This document shows positions 34,931-51,110 of a DNA stretch of 64,000 nt, in pieces (the stretch's first letter is position 1; the number at the start of each line of letters is the position of its first letter). A program made the position numbers and the translations under genes. The stretch lies in assembly GCF_009914755.1 (NCBI RefSeq), contig NC_060940.1. One strand, written 5' to 3'. Source of the stretch: the human T2T-CHM13v2.0 reference genome, Homo sapiens. Below the pieces are notes generated by a model, which made no database searches, was not told the DNA's origin, and saw only the letters and a list, made by a program, of their open reading frames with translations.

Positions 34931-35689
34931 TGAGTCACCTAAAATCTGGACCAGGGCCACGTGCAGCCCTAGAGAAGGAGAAATCTCGCCGTGCCTGGCG
35001 CAGTGGCCTTGGGAAGGTCTCCTACTTGTTATTCATTCTCCTTCTAAATTATTATTCATTCTTACTAATGACAAAGCGGTTCCTCTCTTGGGTCAGAGGC
35101 TGGCCCTGCTGTCTTAGATTGGATTCCCTGGGGAGCCAGTTCCCTGGGAGCTGGGATCTGAGTAGAAAGAGTCTGTCGGGAGGGGATCCAAGAAGCACAG
35201 TGGGAGAGTGGGGGCGCAGTGGGGAAGGGAAGGAGCCAGCCGAGATGTGGCAGTAAGCAGCTGGGGCTCTGTCCTGCTGCAGTGTGGGGGCAGGGGGCAG
35301 TCGCAGGACAAACCGCAAACCTTGACTCCCGTTTGTTGTTGGACGAGGGCTGCTCCTGGGGCGAAAAATCCCAGCACTTCCAGCCTACCGTGTGCCCCGG
35401 ACTCTGGCGTGACCCTCGCTCCTAGATTCATGGGCTCTCTGGCGACATCTCTGCACACCTGTTGGCCACACGTGGTCCTCTATTCACACATGAGCAGATA
35501 CTCAGTGCAGGCGTTCACGTGCCAGGCCAGGGTTCAGGGGAGCGAGGCACACATCCCTGCCTGCAGGAGGCTTACCCCCTTCATCCAGAAGGTTCCACAA
35601 AGCCAAGTAGAATGGGAAAGTGTGGGGGGGGGGATGTGAAGGAGGTGGACAAAGGCCAGACAGCAGTGAGCTCTGAGGGATGGGTAAGA

Positions 35690-36470
35690 ATTGGGTGTGG
35701 GGGGTGGTTCCTCAAAAGTATATGGAGAATCATCCTATGACCTAGCAATTCTGCTTCTAGGTGTCTACTCAAGAGAATTCAAACAGGCGCTCAGACAGAT
35801 ACCTGCGCACCCGCGTTCACAGCAGCATTACCCACAACAGCCAGAGGCTGGACACTACCAAGGGTCTGTTATGGTTGAAGAGATAAACACAGTGTGTATA
35901 CAGTGGGGTGTTATTCAGCCACGGAAAGGAAAGAAGCTCTGAGTCACACCGCAACATGCCCTGGAAACTGTGATCCAATCATAAAATATGATAACATATT
36001 GTGATTCCATTTATGTGAAATGTCTGCAATAGGCAAATCCATAAACACATAAAGTTCATGAGTGATCGCCAGGGGCTTGGGGCAGGGGTCAGGAGGGGAA
36101 GGGGGAGTGGCTGCTAACGGGGACGGGGTGTTTTGGGGTGATGTTTTGGGGTGATGGGAATGCTCTGGTGCCAGATGGACGGTGCTGCTGGTTGCAACAA
36201 CTCTGTGAACGTACCAAATGCCACTGTACCGTTCAGGTTAAAATAGGCAGGGCATGGTGGCGCGTGCCTGTAGTCCCAGCTACTCGGGAGGCCAAGGCAG
36301 GAGGATCACTCGAGCCCAGGAGGTCGGGAGCTGCAGTGAGCTGTGATCACACTGCACTCCAGCCTGGGCGACAGAGTGAGATGTCATCTCTAAAATTAAA
36401 AAATAAAACCAAATAAGTAAAATAAAATGGTTAAAATGACACATTTTGTTATGTGAATTTTGCCTAAATA
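35690..36470 (+). mobile_element. L1MB/MC-type 3' end with Alu monomer (FRAM-like, 36246-36410)
   Basis: CCTATGACCTAGCAATTCTGCTTCTAGG, CACAGCAGCATTA, GATTCCATTTATGTGAAATGTC motifs. Confidence 0.75.
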
Positions 36471-37364
36471 GAGTTAGCAGGGAGCAGGGGGGATTCCAGG
36501 CTGAGGGATCAGCATCACTAGGGCCCAGGGGACAGAGGCGCTGCTCAGCGTGGTACCCAAGGCAGCAGCAAGGCCTTGTACAGAAAGCGAGGGGATGGGT
36601 GCAAGAGGGAGCCTCCTGGCCAGTCCCCGAGCTTGCCTGGACCATGACCTGAGAGCAGGAGGGGGTGCAAGAGGGAGCTTCCTGGACAATCCCCGAGCTC
36701 GCCTGCACCGTGACCTGAGATCTGGCACGCCCTAGGCACTGGCTGCTTCATCTCCTGGGATCTCTGTCATCTGGAGGTAGGTAGATGACTGATCCCACTT
36801 CACAGATGAGGGGAGTGAGGCCTGAGGCTCAGGGAGAAGGGTGGGGTGGGCAGGGATGGGAAACCCAGGTCTGTCTGACTCCCAAGCCCCTCAGCACTGG
36901 CGGGGAGTCCCAAACCCCTCCTGTGGCGAAGGCTGCTGGGTTTGGTGTCAGCAAGTTAGACTCAGGAAGAAAGCTCCACTGAGGGCTGGCTTCCTGCAAA
37001 CCGGGGCTGGCTCTGTGCGGATTCTAGAGTCAAGGCAGCGAGGGAATTGGCAGAGGATGGGGGAGAGAGGGCAGCTGGCCCGGGAGAGAGAGGGAAATTG
37101 CGAGAGGGAGGCGCTCACTATCCCCACATCCCTGTGCACATGGACATGCTGGGGGTCGGTCCTGGCACGGGCACAGCTCAGCACACTGTGACGGGGTCCA
37201 CGTTGGTGGCTGTGGCCTCAGGCCCAGGGTGTGTGTTGTCACATGCCCTCTGAGGCCAGGACAGGATGGGGAAGAGACGTCTAGAGGCTGTGGGTGGTAG
37301 AACCTGCTGGGCCCAAGTTCATCTGTGTCCCCTCGCCTGGCCTCCTTGTGCTGAACGCGTGCAT

Positions 37365-37885
37365 CTGTTATTGGCTGATGCCTAACATACCCCCAGCCTC
37401 GGGGGCTTAAGACAACACACGTTTATCATCTCATGGTTTTTGTGGGTTGGGAATGTGGGGCTGCCTGGCTGAGTAGTGCTGGCCCAGGGATCTCACGTGG
37501 TCAGAGTCAAGGCAGTGGCCGGGGCCGGGGTCACGGGGCTCCAAATGGGGCTGCGGGACCCACTTCCATGTCGTCGGCCAGCCTCAGGCCCTTGCTGGCT
37601 GCTTGCGGGAAGCGTCTGTTTCTTGCTACCTGAGACTCCGTAGGGTAGATCACAGCGCGACAGCAGCTTCCCACAGAGAGCGAGAGAGGCTGAGACACTA
37701 AGGCAGAGGCCACGGTCTTTTTGTAACCTCATCTCGGAAGCGACATTGCTCCATGTCTGCCGTAATCTCTTGTTAGAGATGAATGACTAAGTCCAGCCCG
37801 CACTCAGGGGCGGGAGAATTAAGCTCTCCGTCTTGAGAAGCAGAGTGCCCAGGAATTTGCGGACCTATCTTTAAAACCAGCACCA
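37365..37885. mobile_element. MLT1F-like MaLR LTR
   Basis: GGCTTAAGACAACACACGTTTATCATCTCATGGTTT...TTTTGTAACCTCATCTCGGAAG...TTTAAAACCAGCAC. Confidence 0.65.
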
Positions 37886-38217
37886 GGGGTGCGCTCAGCC
37901 AGGGATTTGTAGTTTCACCCAGGCTCTGTGAGCTGCTGTGTAAACTTTGGCCTATGACGTGGCAAGAATGGGAAATTTGGGGTCTGCAGCCTTGTGTGCG
38001 TGTTCCAGTCTTGCCACTTCCTGGCTGAGCAGTCTTGTGCTCTTCCTGTAAAAACAAGGACCGTAAGGGAAAAGTGGAAACAACCTGTCTGCCAGGAGGA
38101 AGGAGGATGGGGCGTGAGCTGTGGCGTAGCTGCGGGTGGAGGAGCGTCCCGTGCCACATTTCGGGTGAACAATGAGAGCTACCTGAGTCAATGTTGATCA
38201 ACCAAAAATGTTACATC

Positions 38218-38529
38218 AGCCGGGCATGGTGGCTCACACCTATAATCCCAGCACTTTGGGAGGCTGAGGCGGGTGGATGGCTTGAGGTCAGGAGTTTGAG
38301 ACCAGCCTGACCAACGTGGTGAAACCCTGTCTCTGCTAAAAATACAAAAACTAGCCGGGCATGGTGGCAGGTGCCTGTAATTCCAGCTACTCAGGAGGCT
38401 GAGGCAGGAGAATCGCTTGAACCTGGGAGGCAGAGGTTGTAGTGACTGAGATCATGCAGCTGCACTCCAGCCCGGGTTACAAAGCAAGAGTCTGTCTCAA
38501 AACAAAAACAAAAGAAAACAAACCAAAAC
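38218..38529 (+). mobile_element. AluS
   Basis: Sense Alu dimer. Confidence 0.92.
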
Positions 38530-39874
38530 GTGATATCGAGTGGAAAAAAGCCAGTTGTTAAAGGATTTGACAGCGTGATGCCCTTTACGCGAATCCCGTG
38601 TGCCGCGTGGTTTCCGGGTGTTGGCATAGCAGCAATGGTAGCAAAACTGCGTGAGAGGCACGCAAAGCTTCAGGGAGGAGTGACCTCTGTGGCGGGGGAA
38701 GGGGCGCAGGGCGGGTGGGGGAGAGCTGCAACTCTAACTTTCATCTCCTTAAAGAACACTCCAAAGCAAATATGGAAAAGATGAACATTTGTAAAATCTG
38801 GGGGGTGGTACAAGGGTGTCTGGTACATGCTGAACTGTTCATAGCTGGAAATCGTGAGTGTATTTTGACAGGCTCACTGCTGTGAGGATGCTGTAGGGAG
38901 AGGCCTGGGTTGAACACCCCCATGTTGATGGGGATGCTGGTGTGCCAGGGCTCACGGGGCCTGTCACACTCCCTCAGTGACACACGTGTGAACACATATG
39001 TGTTCACTGCCCCTTGCTCTCTGCCCCAGACCCCAGCAAGCTGATAAGAAGGCCCAGGTGTCCCCACTAGACCTGGTGCTAGCACGAGCTTCAGACCTTC
39101 CCATGTGTGGGGAAGCCCTCACCCACCCGGCACGCCGACCACAACGCAGCCCCCAGTGGGTCTCTTTCTTTTGCTCCTGTGGCCATTTTTGGCCTGGCTT
39201 GGGAAGCCAGCCTCCTCTCCCGGAGAGCCTCCTTCTGGAAGGGCAGGGCCAGGTGGGTCAGGCCTCCATCAGCTAGCACTGGCGCCCTTATCTCTTGGGC
39301 TCAGCCTCAGCTCAGCCCCAGCCCCTGGGTGAACCCTCTCCTCGCTGAGAGCTTGCAGTCTGGCCTCCCTCTTCCCACCCCCATCCACGGCTCTCCACTA
39401 GGACTGCCCTTCAAGGCCTTGGTGGTAAGAACTGCCCCTGACTGCAGGAGGCAGATGCTCATGGGTGGGTGGGGGACCCTTTCTCCTGGGCCAGCTAATC
39501 AGTCCTCACAGGTATGTGGCTCTGGGCATGCACAGCAGCCCTAAAACATTGGGGGGAGCAAACTGTGAATCTGCAGAGCTTCGTCAGCGGCTTGCCTCAG
39601 CTGTCACCAGGCAAAGGGGCCCAGAGCACCCTTACACTTGGTGGCATCTTAGGTTCCATGGAGTGTATGGCAAAGGCCATCTGCAATTGTGTGACGACAA
39701 TTGCGCACAGGCCTGCCAGCGTCACGCGTCCTGTGCATGCGGTAGTTACAAAAACTACCCTGAAGGTTTGCTGGGAGGGTTCACATCGGACCATGTGAAA
39801 TTGCCCTTTAAGAGATGTAAAACAGCCAAATGCTGACAATTTCATATGGTTCATTTGAAAAGTAAAACAAACTA

Positions 39875-40581
<707 letters not shown>

Positions 40582-41065
40582 TCAGCTTGGCAGGAATCGG
40601 CTGCATCAACAGCCTGGCTGGACTGGTGGCTGATGGCAGAGATTCAGGTACCACGGAGAAGGCAGGAGCCCTGCCCAGACGCAGGCAGCGTCCCAAGAAT
40701 GGGCTTCTCCAGCCTGATGACCACATGTCAAGCCTGGCGGTGAACACACTGCCCTGGGCTGTCATCTGCCTCCAGCTTCCTGCAAGAGGAGTGGTAGGGG
40801 GAGACGTGTATACCTGGGGCCCTGGCCATTCAGAGTGTGGGCCCCAGACCAGCAGCATCAGCACCACCATAGAAATGCAGAGTCTTGGGCCCCTCACAGA
40901 CTTCCTGGACCAGAACCTTCATTCGAACAAGAGTCCAGGGGACTCTGATGCATGTGGGCAGGTGGGGCAGCCTGGCACACACAGAACCACTGGGCAGCAG
41001 ACAGAGAGTCTGCAAAGCGCACGTGCTCTGCTGTTCCACATTTTGGGATTTATCGGAAGGAAGCA

Positions 41066-41066
<1 letters not shown>

Positions 41067-41104
<38 letters not shown>
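41067..41104 (+). repeat. (AC)~19 microsatellite
   Basis: Perfect dinucleotide run. Confidence 0.95.
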
Positions 41105-41108
<4 letters not shown>

Positions 41109-42889
41109 ACATCTGGAAGAGTGACTCCGTGCTCACCGCAGATGTCACGGCACCCTGGCCATGCTGGAGGCTCCCGTTTCCTCTTCTCAGCAACCCTGGG
41201 AGGCGGCTGCTCTGACAGGGAAGAAACTGAGGCTCTGGGGCCCTAAGGAGCCTCCGGCTGCCCAGCCAGAATGAGGTGGCATTAGGAGTTTAATTCAGAC
41301 AGCCAGCTTCTAGACCGCTTGTCCCCACCACCCTCCTCAGCAGCCTCCATGTGCACACGGTCCCTGCAATGGCGTTATTTACAATTGTGAGGCAGTGGGG
41401 CAATCCCAGCTCCAGCACCGGGGCTGCCTAGGAGCGTAGGGCCTGTCTACGCGACTGGTGTCCTGGTCTCTACTTTGTGGCATGAGTGCCACCTTCCCTT
41501 GTAATACGTTCATGTTCTCTTTACCCAACTCTCCAGGAAACACACAGAGCTTCCAGGCCAGTGGCTCTGCCATTCCCACCTCTTGAGGCTTCTGTTCCCT
41601 TTCCTGGGGGTGCCTCCGAAGTGGGATTGTGTGGACGCAGCGCAGTCGTGCTTAGCCCTGGTCGTGCCTCCCGAGCGGGGCTATGTGGATGCAGTGGAGT
41701 CACGCTCGGTCCTTAGTCCTGGTACACAGTTGTGCATGGACAGGAGGGACTGCTGCTGTTAACAGGGACAGTCACTTACATTCACAATGTGCACACAACC
41801 TAATTCTGTGCAGAGAGGAGGGGGTGATTTCTTCTTCCCATTTGACAGGTGACAACTCAGGCTCAGAAAGGCTGTGTGACTTGCCCAAGACCACACAGTT
41901 AGCAAAGGGCAGAGTCAGGACTGAACACAAATCTTCAGAGCTCACTTCGGGCTTCCGGAAGTTCTTTAGTTCTTATTCAGTTAGGAGATTCTGAAACTGA
42001 CGTGACTGCTTGCCAGCCAGACCCAGCCTTCACGTCAGAAGCAACTACACTCGCCACTGGCCAAATGAACGCACTGAGCTTCTACAGTGGTGTCACGCGC
42101 CAGCCACACAGGTGAAGTCTGCGTCGTTTTATTCTTAATTGCATTCCCGGCCCTGACCTCATGTTTCTTGGATGAATACTGAGTGAGCTGTTGAATGTTC
42201 AGGGTGGAGGGTCTGGTATGGGGGCAGCAAGGGTGGGTGGGGCGGGGGTCGGAGCATAAAGAAGAGCCTTGATCCCACCCAGCTCCCCACCTGGCGAAGG
42301 GCAGAGACTCACTCCTGCTAGCCCAAGGCAAGACATGTTCTTGGATAAGGTGGAGCCCACAGAAGCCGTCATGGGGTGGGAGAGTTACTGAGGCTTAAGG
42401 GAGCTCCACGGTCTTTGGACCCCAAAGGGGTGGGGTTCCACTTGAGCTCTCATTCTGTGACCTCCCCCTCAACCATGTCTTCCACTCCCCGATGGCCATC
42501 CTGGGACCAGCCCTTCCTCCGGGAAGCCCTCGGATGTCCCATCGGCTCTGGCGACAGTGTGGGGCAGGAGTGAGTGTCTCAGAGCCGGGTCTATCCTGGT
42601 CTGTCCACACTCCTGAGTCACCGTCTCCAAGAACAGGTCATGGGGGTGGGATGACACTGATGTCTTGGTTCCAACACATGCCCTATCCTCAGGGCACAAG
42701 ACTCTCATTTGAGAGGCAGGGCTGCCACATCTGAAATGGCGGCAGCCAGCATCACACGCTGTATTCCCTGTCCTCACAGGGCCGTGAGGGCACGGAGCAG
42801 AGGAGGATGGATGCGGGTGAGCGTCCTCACAAAGAAGGTGAGTGTATCACACAGGCTCCTGCAGCCACAACATCCAAAGAAGGAGCTAA

Positions 42890-44940
<2,051 letters not shown>

Positions 44941-44956
44941 AAAGTTTTTCATTTTC

Positions 44957-45250
44957 AGCCAGGCGTGGTGGCTCACACCTGTAATCCCAGCACTTTGGGA
45001 GGCCGAGGCAGGCAGATCACCTGAGGTTGGGAGTTTGAGACCGGCCTGACCAACATGGAGAAACCCCGTCTCTACTAAAAATACAAAATCAGCTGGGTGT
45101 GGTGGCGCGTGCCTGTAATCCCAGCTACTCAGGAGGCTGAGGCAGGAGAATCGCTTGAACCTGGGAGGCGGAAGTTGTGGTGAGCCAAGCTTGCGCCACT
45201 GCACTCCAGCCTGGGCAACAAGAGCGAAACTGCGCCTCAAAAAAAAAAAA
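44957..45250 (+). mobile_element. AluSp-like
   Basis: TSD AAA(A/G)GTTTTTCATTTTCA; CAACATGGAGAAACCCCG. Confidence 0.92.
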
Positions 45251-46604
45251 GGTTTTTCATTTTCAAATGCTAGAAAATCCAACTCAAAGTGATTTAGGCC
45301 AAAAGGGAATTTGTTGGTGCCTATTCCTTGGTAAATGGGTCAGTTCAGAGGTATTTTGGCTTCAGGTACTGCTGGATCCAGGGTCTGAAACAGGTTGTCA
45401 GCGCCCAGGCCAAGCCCATCCCACACAAAGGCTGAGTTTACGGAGACACCTGAGTGCTTTTGCCCCAGTAAAGGGGAGTGGCCCCTGGGCAACCCAAGCC
45501 CCCTGCAGGCTGCGCTGGCACAGGGGAGGAGGAGGCGAGGCCCTCCCGGCCCATCCAGGCAGAAGGCAAGATTGGGGAAGTTCTGGGAGAGAAAGGGAGC
45601 TGTCCTCAGTCCCTTGTTATTCTCAGCTGCTCTGTGATCCCAAGAAAATTCTTCACCACCATATTCATTCATTTGGTCACCCACACACATTTATTGAGTA
45701 CCTAGTGTATACAGACACTTACTGCCCCGGGGAGAGAACATGAACACAGGAGACCTGGTCCCTGCTTGAAGCATTCAGTGACAAGCACTGATGATGACAC
45801 AAACCCGGCCACAGGGGTGCCGATACAAATGGCCCGAGAGGTGATGGGAGCACAGGGCAGGAGCACCCATCCTGGCCTTGGGTGGGGTGGGGGGCCGGGC
45901 AGGCTTCCCGGAGAAGGAGAGACATGAATGAATAGACCAGGCAGAGGGAACAGAGTATGTACGGGCAGAAGCTAGCTCAAGCAGGTGGGATATGGGAACT
46001 GGAGCATGGGGTGACAACAGGGAGGCAGGAGGGCTCGGCAGACAGCAGCTCTGGAGAGCCTTGGGATCCATGTGAAGGAGACCGGGCGTTATCCTGAGGC
46101 CAGTGAGCACTGATGAAAACCTGCCTTGAAGGGACAGGTGGGAACTCGCCTGTGCTGGCCTGCACGCTGCAGGAAGCTGGTCTACACTGGCCAGGGCTCC
46201 AGTGCACTGTGATGACTTTTGGGTTCATCTCCCCAATTTCTGAGCCTTTCCACCCTGGCTTTGACTTTTGGGTGCACCCACCCTCCTGGAGTAGCTCAGC
46301 CCCTTCCCAAAGCCTTGCCCAGACTCTGCAACTGTCGTTGCCTTCCTGGATGAAGCAGCAGATTCACGAACCTCTTCCGGCTGCCCACACTGCTCAGTGG
46401 CCTTCCACAGGGATGGACGGATTCACGGTAGGTAAGTGACCTTCCAGGGGGAGTCACATCCACGGTAGGTAAGATAAAGGCTTGAGGAAACCACTGGCAG
46501 CCTCATTCTAATGAAGTTTAATCATACCTGTTAGCCCTGGGAGCCACCAAGGAGGAGGGAAGACATAAAAGCAATCCATCTGGGGAAGCGTTTCTTTGGA
46601 TGTC

Positions 46605-46937
46605 TTTTTCTTTTTTCTTTTCTTTCTTTCTTTCTTTCTTTTTTTTTTAATTGTGGAGATGGAGTCTCACTCTGTCGTCTAGGCTGGAGTGCAGAGGTGC
46701 CATCTCAGCTCACTATAACCTCTGCCTCCTGAGTTCAAGCGACTCTCCTGCCTCAGCCTCCTGAGTAGCTGGGACTACAAGTCCGTGCCACCATGCCTGG
46801 CTAATTTTTGTATTTTTAATAGAGACGGGGTTTCACCATGTTGGCCAGGCTGGTCTCAAACTCCTGACCTCAGGTGATTCACCCGCCTCAGCCTCCCAAA
46901 ATGCTGGGATTACAGGTGCGAGCCACCGCGCCCGGTC
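46605..46937 (-). mobile_element. AluS
   Basis: TSD TGGATGTCTTT. Confidence 0.92.
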
Positions 46938-47547
46938 TGGATGTCTTTATGTGTTTGGCATCATCTGCTGAGCAGGAAGGGGTGAGTGGGACCTCTGTAA
47001 CTCTCTCTACAGCCGTCCCCAAGTGCCATGTTGGCAATATCAGCTCATGTCAAACAAGGTCAAAACATAGATCAGAGAAATAGCCACAGCTGAGTGTCTT
47101 AAAAGCACTTTCAGACGGCACCCTTCACTTTATGTGACAAGCATTGATTCAACAAATGTTCAGAGGAGGCTGACTTCCCAGTCATGTATTTGTTTGTTCA
47201 TTTATCATTCACTCAAAAATGTAACGATTGCATCCCTACTGTGTGACGGACATTGTGCCAGGTGCTGAGGAGGAGAAGAGAGAAGGAGAGAGAAGAAGAG
47301 AAATCTGGCAGCACCCCCCTCTCCCCACTTGAGTGGACGAGACCATGAGTTAGAAGATAGTTACATGGCAGAGCAGTATATGCTATAATGGGGGTGCACA
47401 GGGTGCGGACAGAGCTCAGAGACACCTAAAGTGTCTCCAGGGGATCCCTGGAGAGGGTGTTTATGGTGAAGGCTGAGAGCCAATGAGTGTTCTGCGGTAA
47501 AGAGATGTGTGCACACATTCCAGAATACACAGACAAGAAAGTGAAAG

Positions 47548-47860
47548 TTTTTTGTTTTGTTTTGGTTTTTTTTTGAGACAGAGTCTCACTCTGTTGCCCA
47601 GGCTGGAGTGCAGTGTGCGATCTAGGCTCACTGCAAGCTCTGCCTCCTGGATTCACACCATTCTCCTGCCTCAGCCTCCTGAGTAGCTGGGACTACAGGT
47701 GCCCGCCACCACACCCGGCTAATTTTTTGTATTATGGGTTTAGTAGAGACGGGGGTTTCACCATGTTAGCCAGAATGGTCTCGATCTCCTGACCTCGTGA
47801 TCTGCTCGCCTCGGCCTCCCAAAGTGTTGGGATTACAGGCGTGAGCCACTGCGCCTGGCC
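47548..47860 (-). mobile_element. AluY/Sc-like
   Basis: Antisense dimer, GCAAGCTC diagnostic. Confidence 0.9.
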
Positions 47861-48588
47861 AAAAGCAGTTGTTTTTAATAAAAACAGCCACAAACCATAA
47901 GGAACTCTTATGTCTACCTACACTAGAAGGGCTCAGTCATATTGGAGATATTCATAGGATGGAATATTATACAGCAAAGAGAACAAATGAACCTAAGGAA
48001 CCCAGCCACATGGGTGAATCTCAAGCATGATGTTGGGCAGAAAAGAATGCATTTGGTATGATTCCAGTCCCACGAAGCTCAAAAACAGGAAAAACTAGGC
48101 CACAGTGCTTAAGATGCACATAGACAGGTGGTAACATTATAAAGAAAAGCAAAGTTGATGAAAAATTCAGGTGAATGGCTCTGTCTGGAGGGAGGAGAAG
48201 GTTATGATTGGAGAGGGACACACAGTGGGTTTTGGGGGTTCCAATAATGTCTAATTCCTTGACCTGGGTGGTCATTATCTGGGCATTTACTATTTAAGTA
48301 TTCATTAAATTATACAAATATGTGGATTGGCCACAGATAACTCATTTTTTCCCAGCGAGGGGACATTTACACACTTGAGACAGAAGAGTGTGGTGGCTGC
48401 AAGCCTGTGCTGTGCTGTCAACTGCTTCTTCACTTCCACCTTAGATAAGTGAGTTGGCCTTTATGAGCTTCAGATTTCCTCATCTGTAAAATGAGGATAA
48501 TAATACTACCAGCCTCATAAAGTTGCTTTAGGATTAAATATGATATGATAATGTAGGTTCAGCACAGAGCCAGGCACATACATGTAAC

Positions 48589-49388
48589 AATTATCACTAT
48601 CATTATCACTACCATCATCACCATTCTCATAATCCTCATCATCATCACTGTCATCACCATCATCACTACCATCATCATCACTATCACCATCATCATCACC
48701 ACCATCACCATCATTATAATCATTATAATCATCACCATCATCACCACCAACACCATCATCACCATCACTATCATCACCACCATCACCACCATTACCATCA
48801 TCACTATCATCATTACCATTATCACCATCATCACCATCACTATCATCACCACCATCACCATTACCACCATCACATCACCATCATCACCATCATCACCACC
48901 ACCATCACCATCATTATAATCATCACCACCATCGCCACCATCATTACCATCATCACCATCACCACCATTACATCACCATCACTGTCATCATTACCATCAT
49001 CACCATCATCATCATCACCATAACCATCATCATCATCACCATAACCATCATCACCACCGTCATCATCACTATCATCACAATCACCATCACCACCATCGCC
49101 ACCGCCATCGCCATCACCATCATCACTAACATTATCACCATCCTCATCACCATCGCCATCATCACCATCACCATCATCACCATCATCACCACCATCACCA
49201 TCACTATCATCATCATTACCATTATTACCATCATCACCATCACCACCATCATCAAATCATCACTAACACCATCATCACCATCACCAACACCATCATCACC
49301 ACCATCATCACCATCACCGCCATCATCCCCATCATCATCACTAACACATCATCATCTTCACTATCCTTTATATCATCATCACCATCAC
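48589..49388 (+). repeat. ~800-bp degenerate (CAT/CAC)n repeat following a MIR
   Basis: Directly visible; source of poly-Met/Val ORFs. MIR core CTCATCTGTAAAATGAGG near 48480. Confidence 0.93.
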
Positions 49389-49949
49389 AAAGTTTATTTT
49401 TCCTTCTTGCTAATCCATCCAAATTACTTCTGCTTTATCCCCCTCTTCTTCCTTCCTCCCACCTCTCTTTTCATAATTATCTTCATCTGGAAATTGAATG
49501 ACCAGTAACAGTGCTATCTGGAGTCATGGATAGTTCTAGATCTTAGTAAGTAAGGAAGTAAAATCATGCTCAACATTTTTTCAAAGCTCTTCCATTCTCA
49601 ATGTTAAATCATGTCTTATCGACAGACCCCATATCCCAATTTTTGGCTCAGTTTGCTTCCTCTACTTGTACTAGAAATGCTGATCATATCTTTCTGCCAT
49701 CACAAGGGAGGACCCTGGACCCCACTACTTGACCACAGCTAATCGAGTCAGAAAGAGACACCTGACCCAGGCTGAATGTCTCTCCTAAGACTCAGGAATC
49801 AGGATCTCCAGAGTCCAGGTTAGTGACTGTTAGGATGGGAAGAGCAGATTGCAGCAGAGAAAGCTGGTCTATGGAGGGCAGAAACATAAGGCAGGCTGGC
49901 TGAGAGCAGAGATGTAGGGCCCAGTAAAAGAGAGAGGCTTGGGTCGTGG

Positions 49950-51110
49950 CACAGTGGGAAGGTGGCCATCTGCAAGCTGGGCAGAGAACTCTCACCAGGG
50001 ACTGAATCAGCCAGAAACTTGATCTTGGACTTTTAGCCTCAAAAACAATAAGACATTTCTGTTGTTGAAGTCACCCAGTCTGCGGTATTTTGTTATGACG
50101 GCCCTTGAAGACTAATACACAGGCAGACAGTGCTAGAAAGCTCACTGCATCACTGTAACTGCAGAAAACAAAACAAAGCCAACCGCCCTAAATGTCCCTC
50201 ATTGACAGTGGGTGTATGAGGAGGTGACTGTCCTCCTGGCTGCTGGTACTCTGGGGAGGCGGCTTTGGTGCTCAAGCCAAGAGATTGAGGTTGAACTCTG
50301 GGACTCCCAGGAGGGGCTGATTTTCCTGAGAGCCCCGTGAGCAAAAAGTGGTAAACGTTTTCTGTAAAGAACAAGATGGTAAATATTTTAGGCTTTGTAG
50401 GCTATATGGTGTCTGTCACAACGACTCCACTCTTATGTTGCAGTGTAAAAGCCACTCTAGACACACAAATGAATGGCCATGGTTGTGCTTCAGTGAAATT
50501 CTGTTTATGAAAATAGGCAGTGGACTAGATTTGGCCTCTGGGTTATGGTTTGTGTGATGCCTGGCTTAAAACAACAATCTTCTTCTTTTTTTTTTTTTTT
50601 TCAGAAAATTGAAATTCTGACAAGATGTGATGGGGAACGCTTGTCTCAGCTGCATGTGGCTTTAGCTGGGGTGACCTGCCTGGGGTCTGGAGGGTCTACT
50701 TTCAAGATGGTACACTTTTATGGCTGTCAAATGCTGCTGGCTGCTGGCTGGGAGTCTGGCTGGAGCTGTGGGTTGGAGGACCCTGTATCTCTCCTTGTTG
50801 GCACGTCCAGGGGCTGCTTGAGCTTCCTTACATCATGGCAACTTGGTTCCAAGCTTGAGCACCCCAAGAGCATGAGGCAGAAGCTGTGTTGCTGTTTATG
50901 AACTGACCTTTGAAGTCACATCCTGTCACTTCTGTGATAATCACACACTGGCCCAGATTCAGGGGAAGGGAATGCAGAGCCCACCTCTCAACAGAGACCT
51001 AGAAACGCCCAAATGGCAGTCCCACTTTGCTCCCCCAAAGCACTCCCTCAACAGGAGGGGTGTCAACACCACACTGGAAGAAGATCACGTGGAATGGGGG
51101 ATCTTGTGGA
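49950..51110. mobile_element. MaLR LTR end (49950-50118), MER58-like (50345-50535) and MLT1-type LTR (50540-51110)
   Basis: GACTAATACA terminus; TTTTCTGTAAAG...GTAAATATTTTAGGCTTTG; GGCTTAAAACAAC...GGCCCAGATTCAGGGGAAGGG. Confidence 0.7.

Noticed and set aside
46424-46473. Duplicated CACGGTAGGTAAG with splice-donor-like motifs
   Set aside because: No supporting exon or ORF; a lncRNA exon cannot be shown from sequence alone.
48559-49255. Poly-Met/Val ORFs
   Set aside because: Antisense reading of a (CAT/CAC)n repeat.
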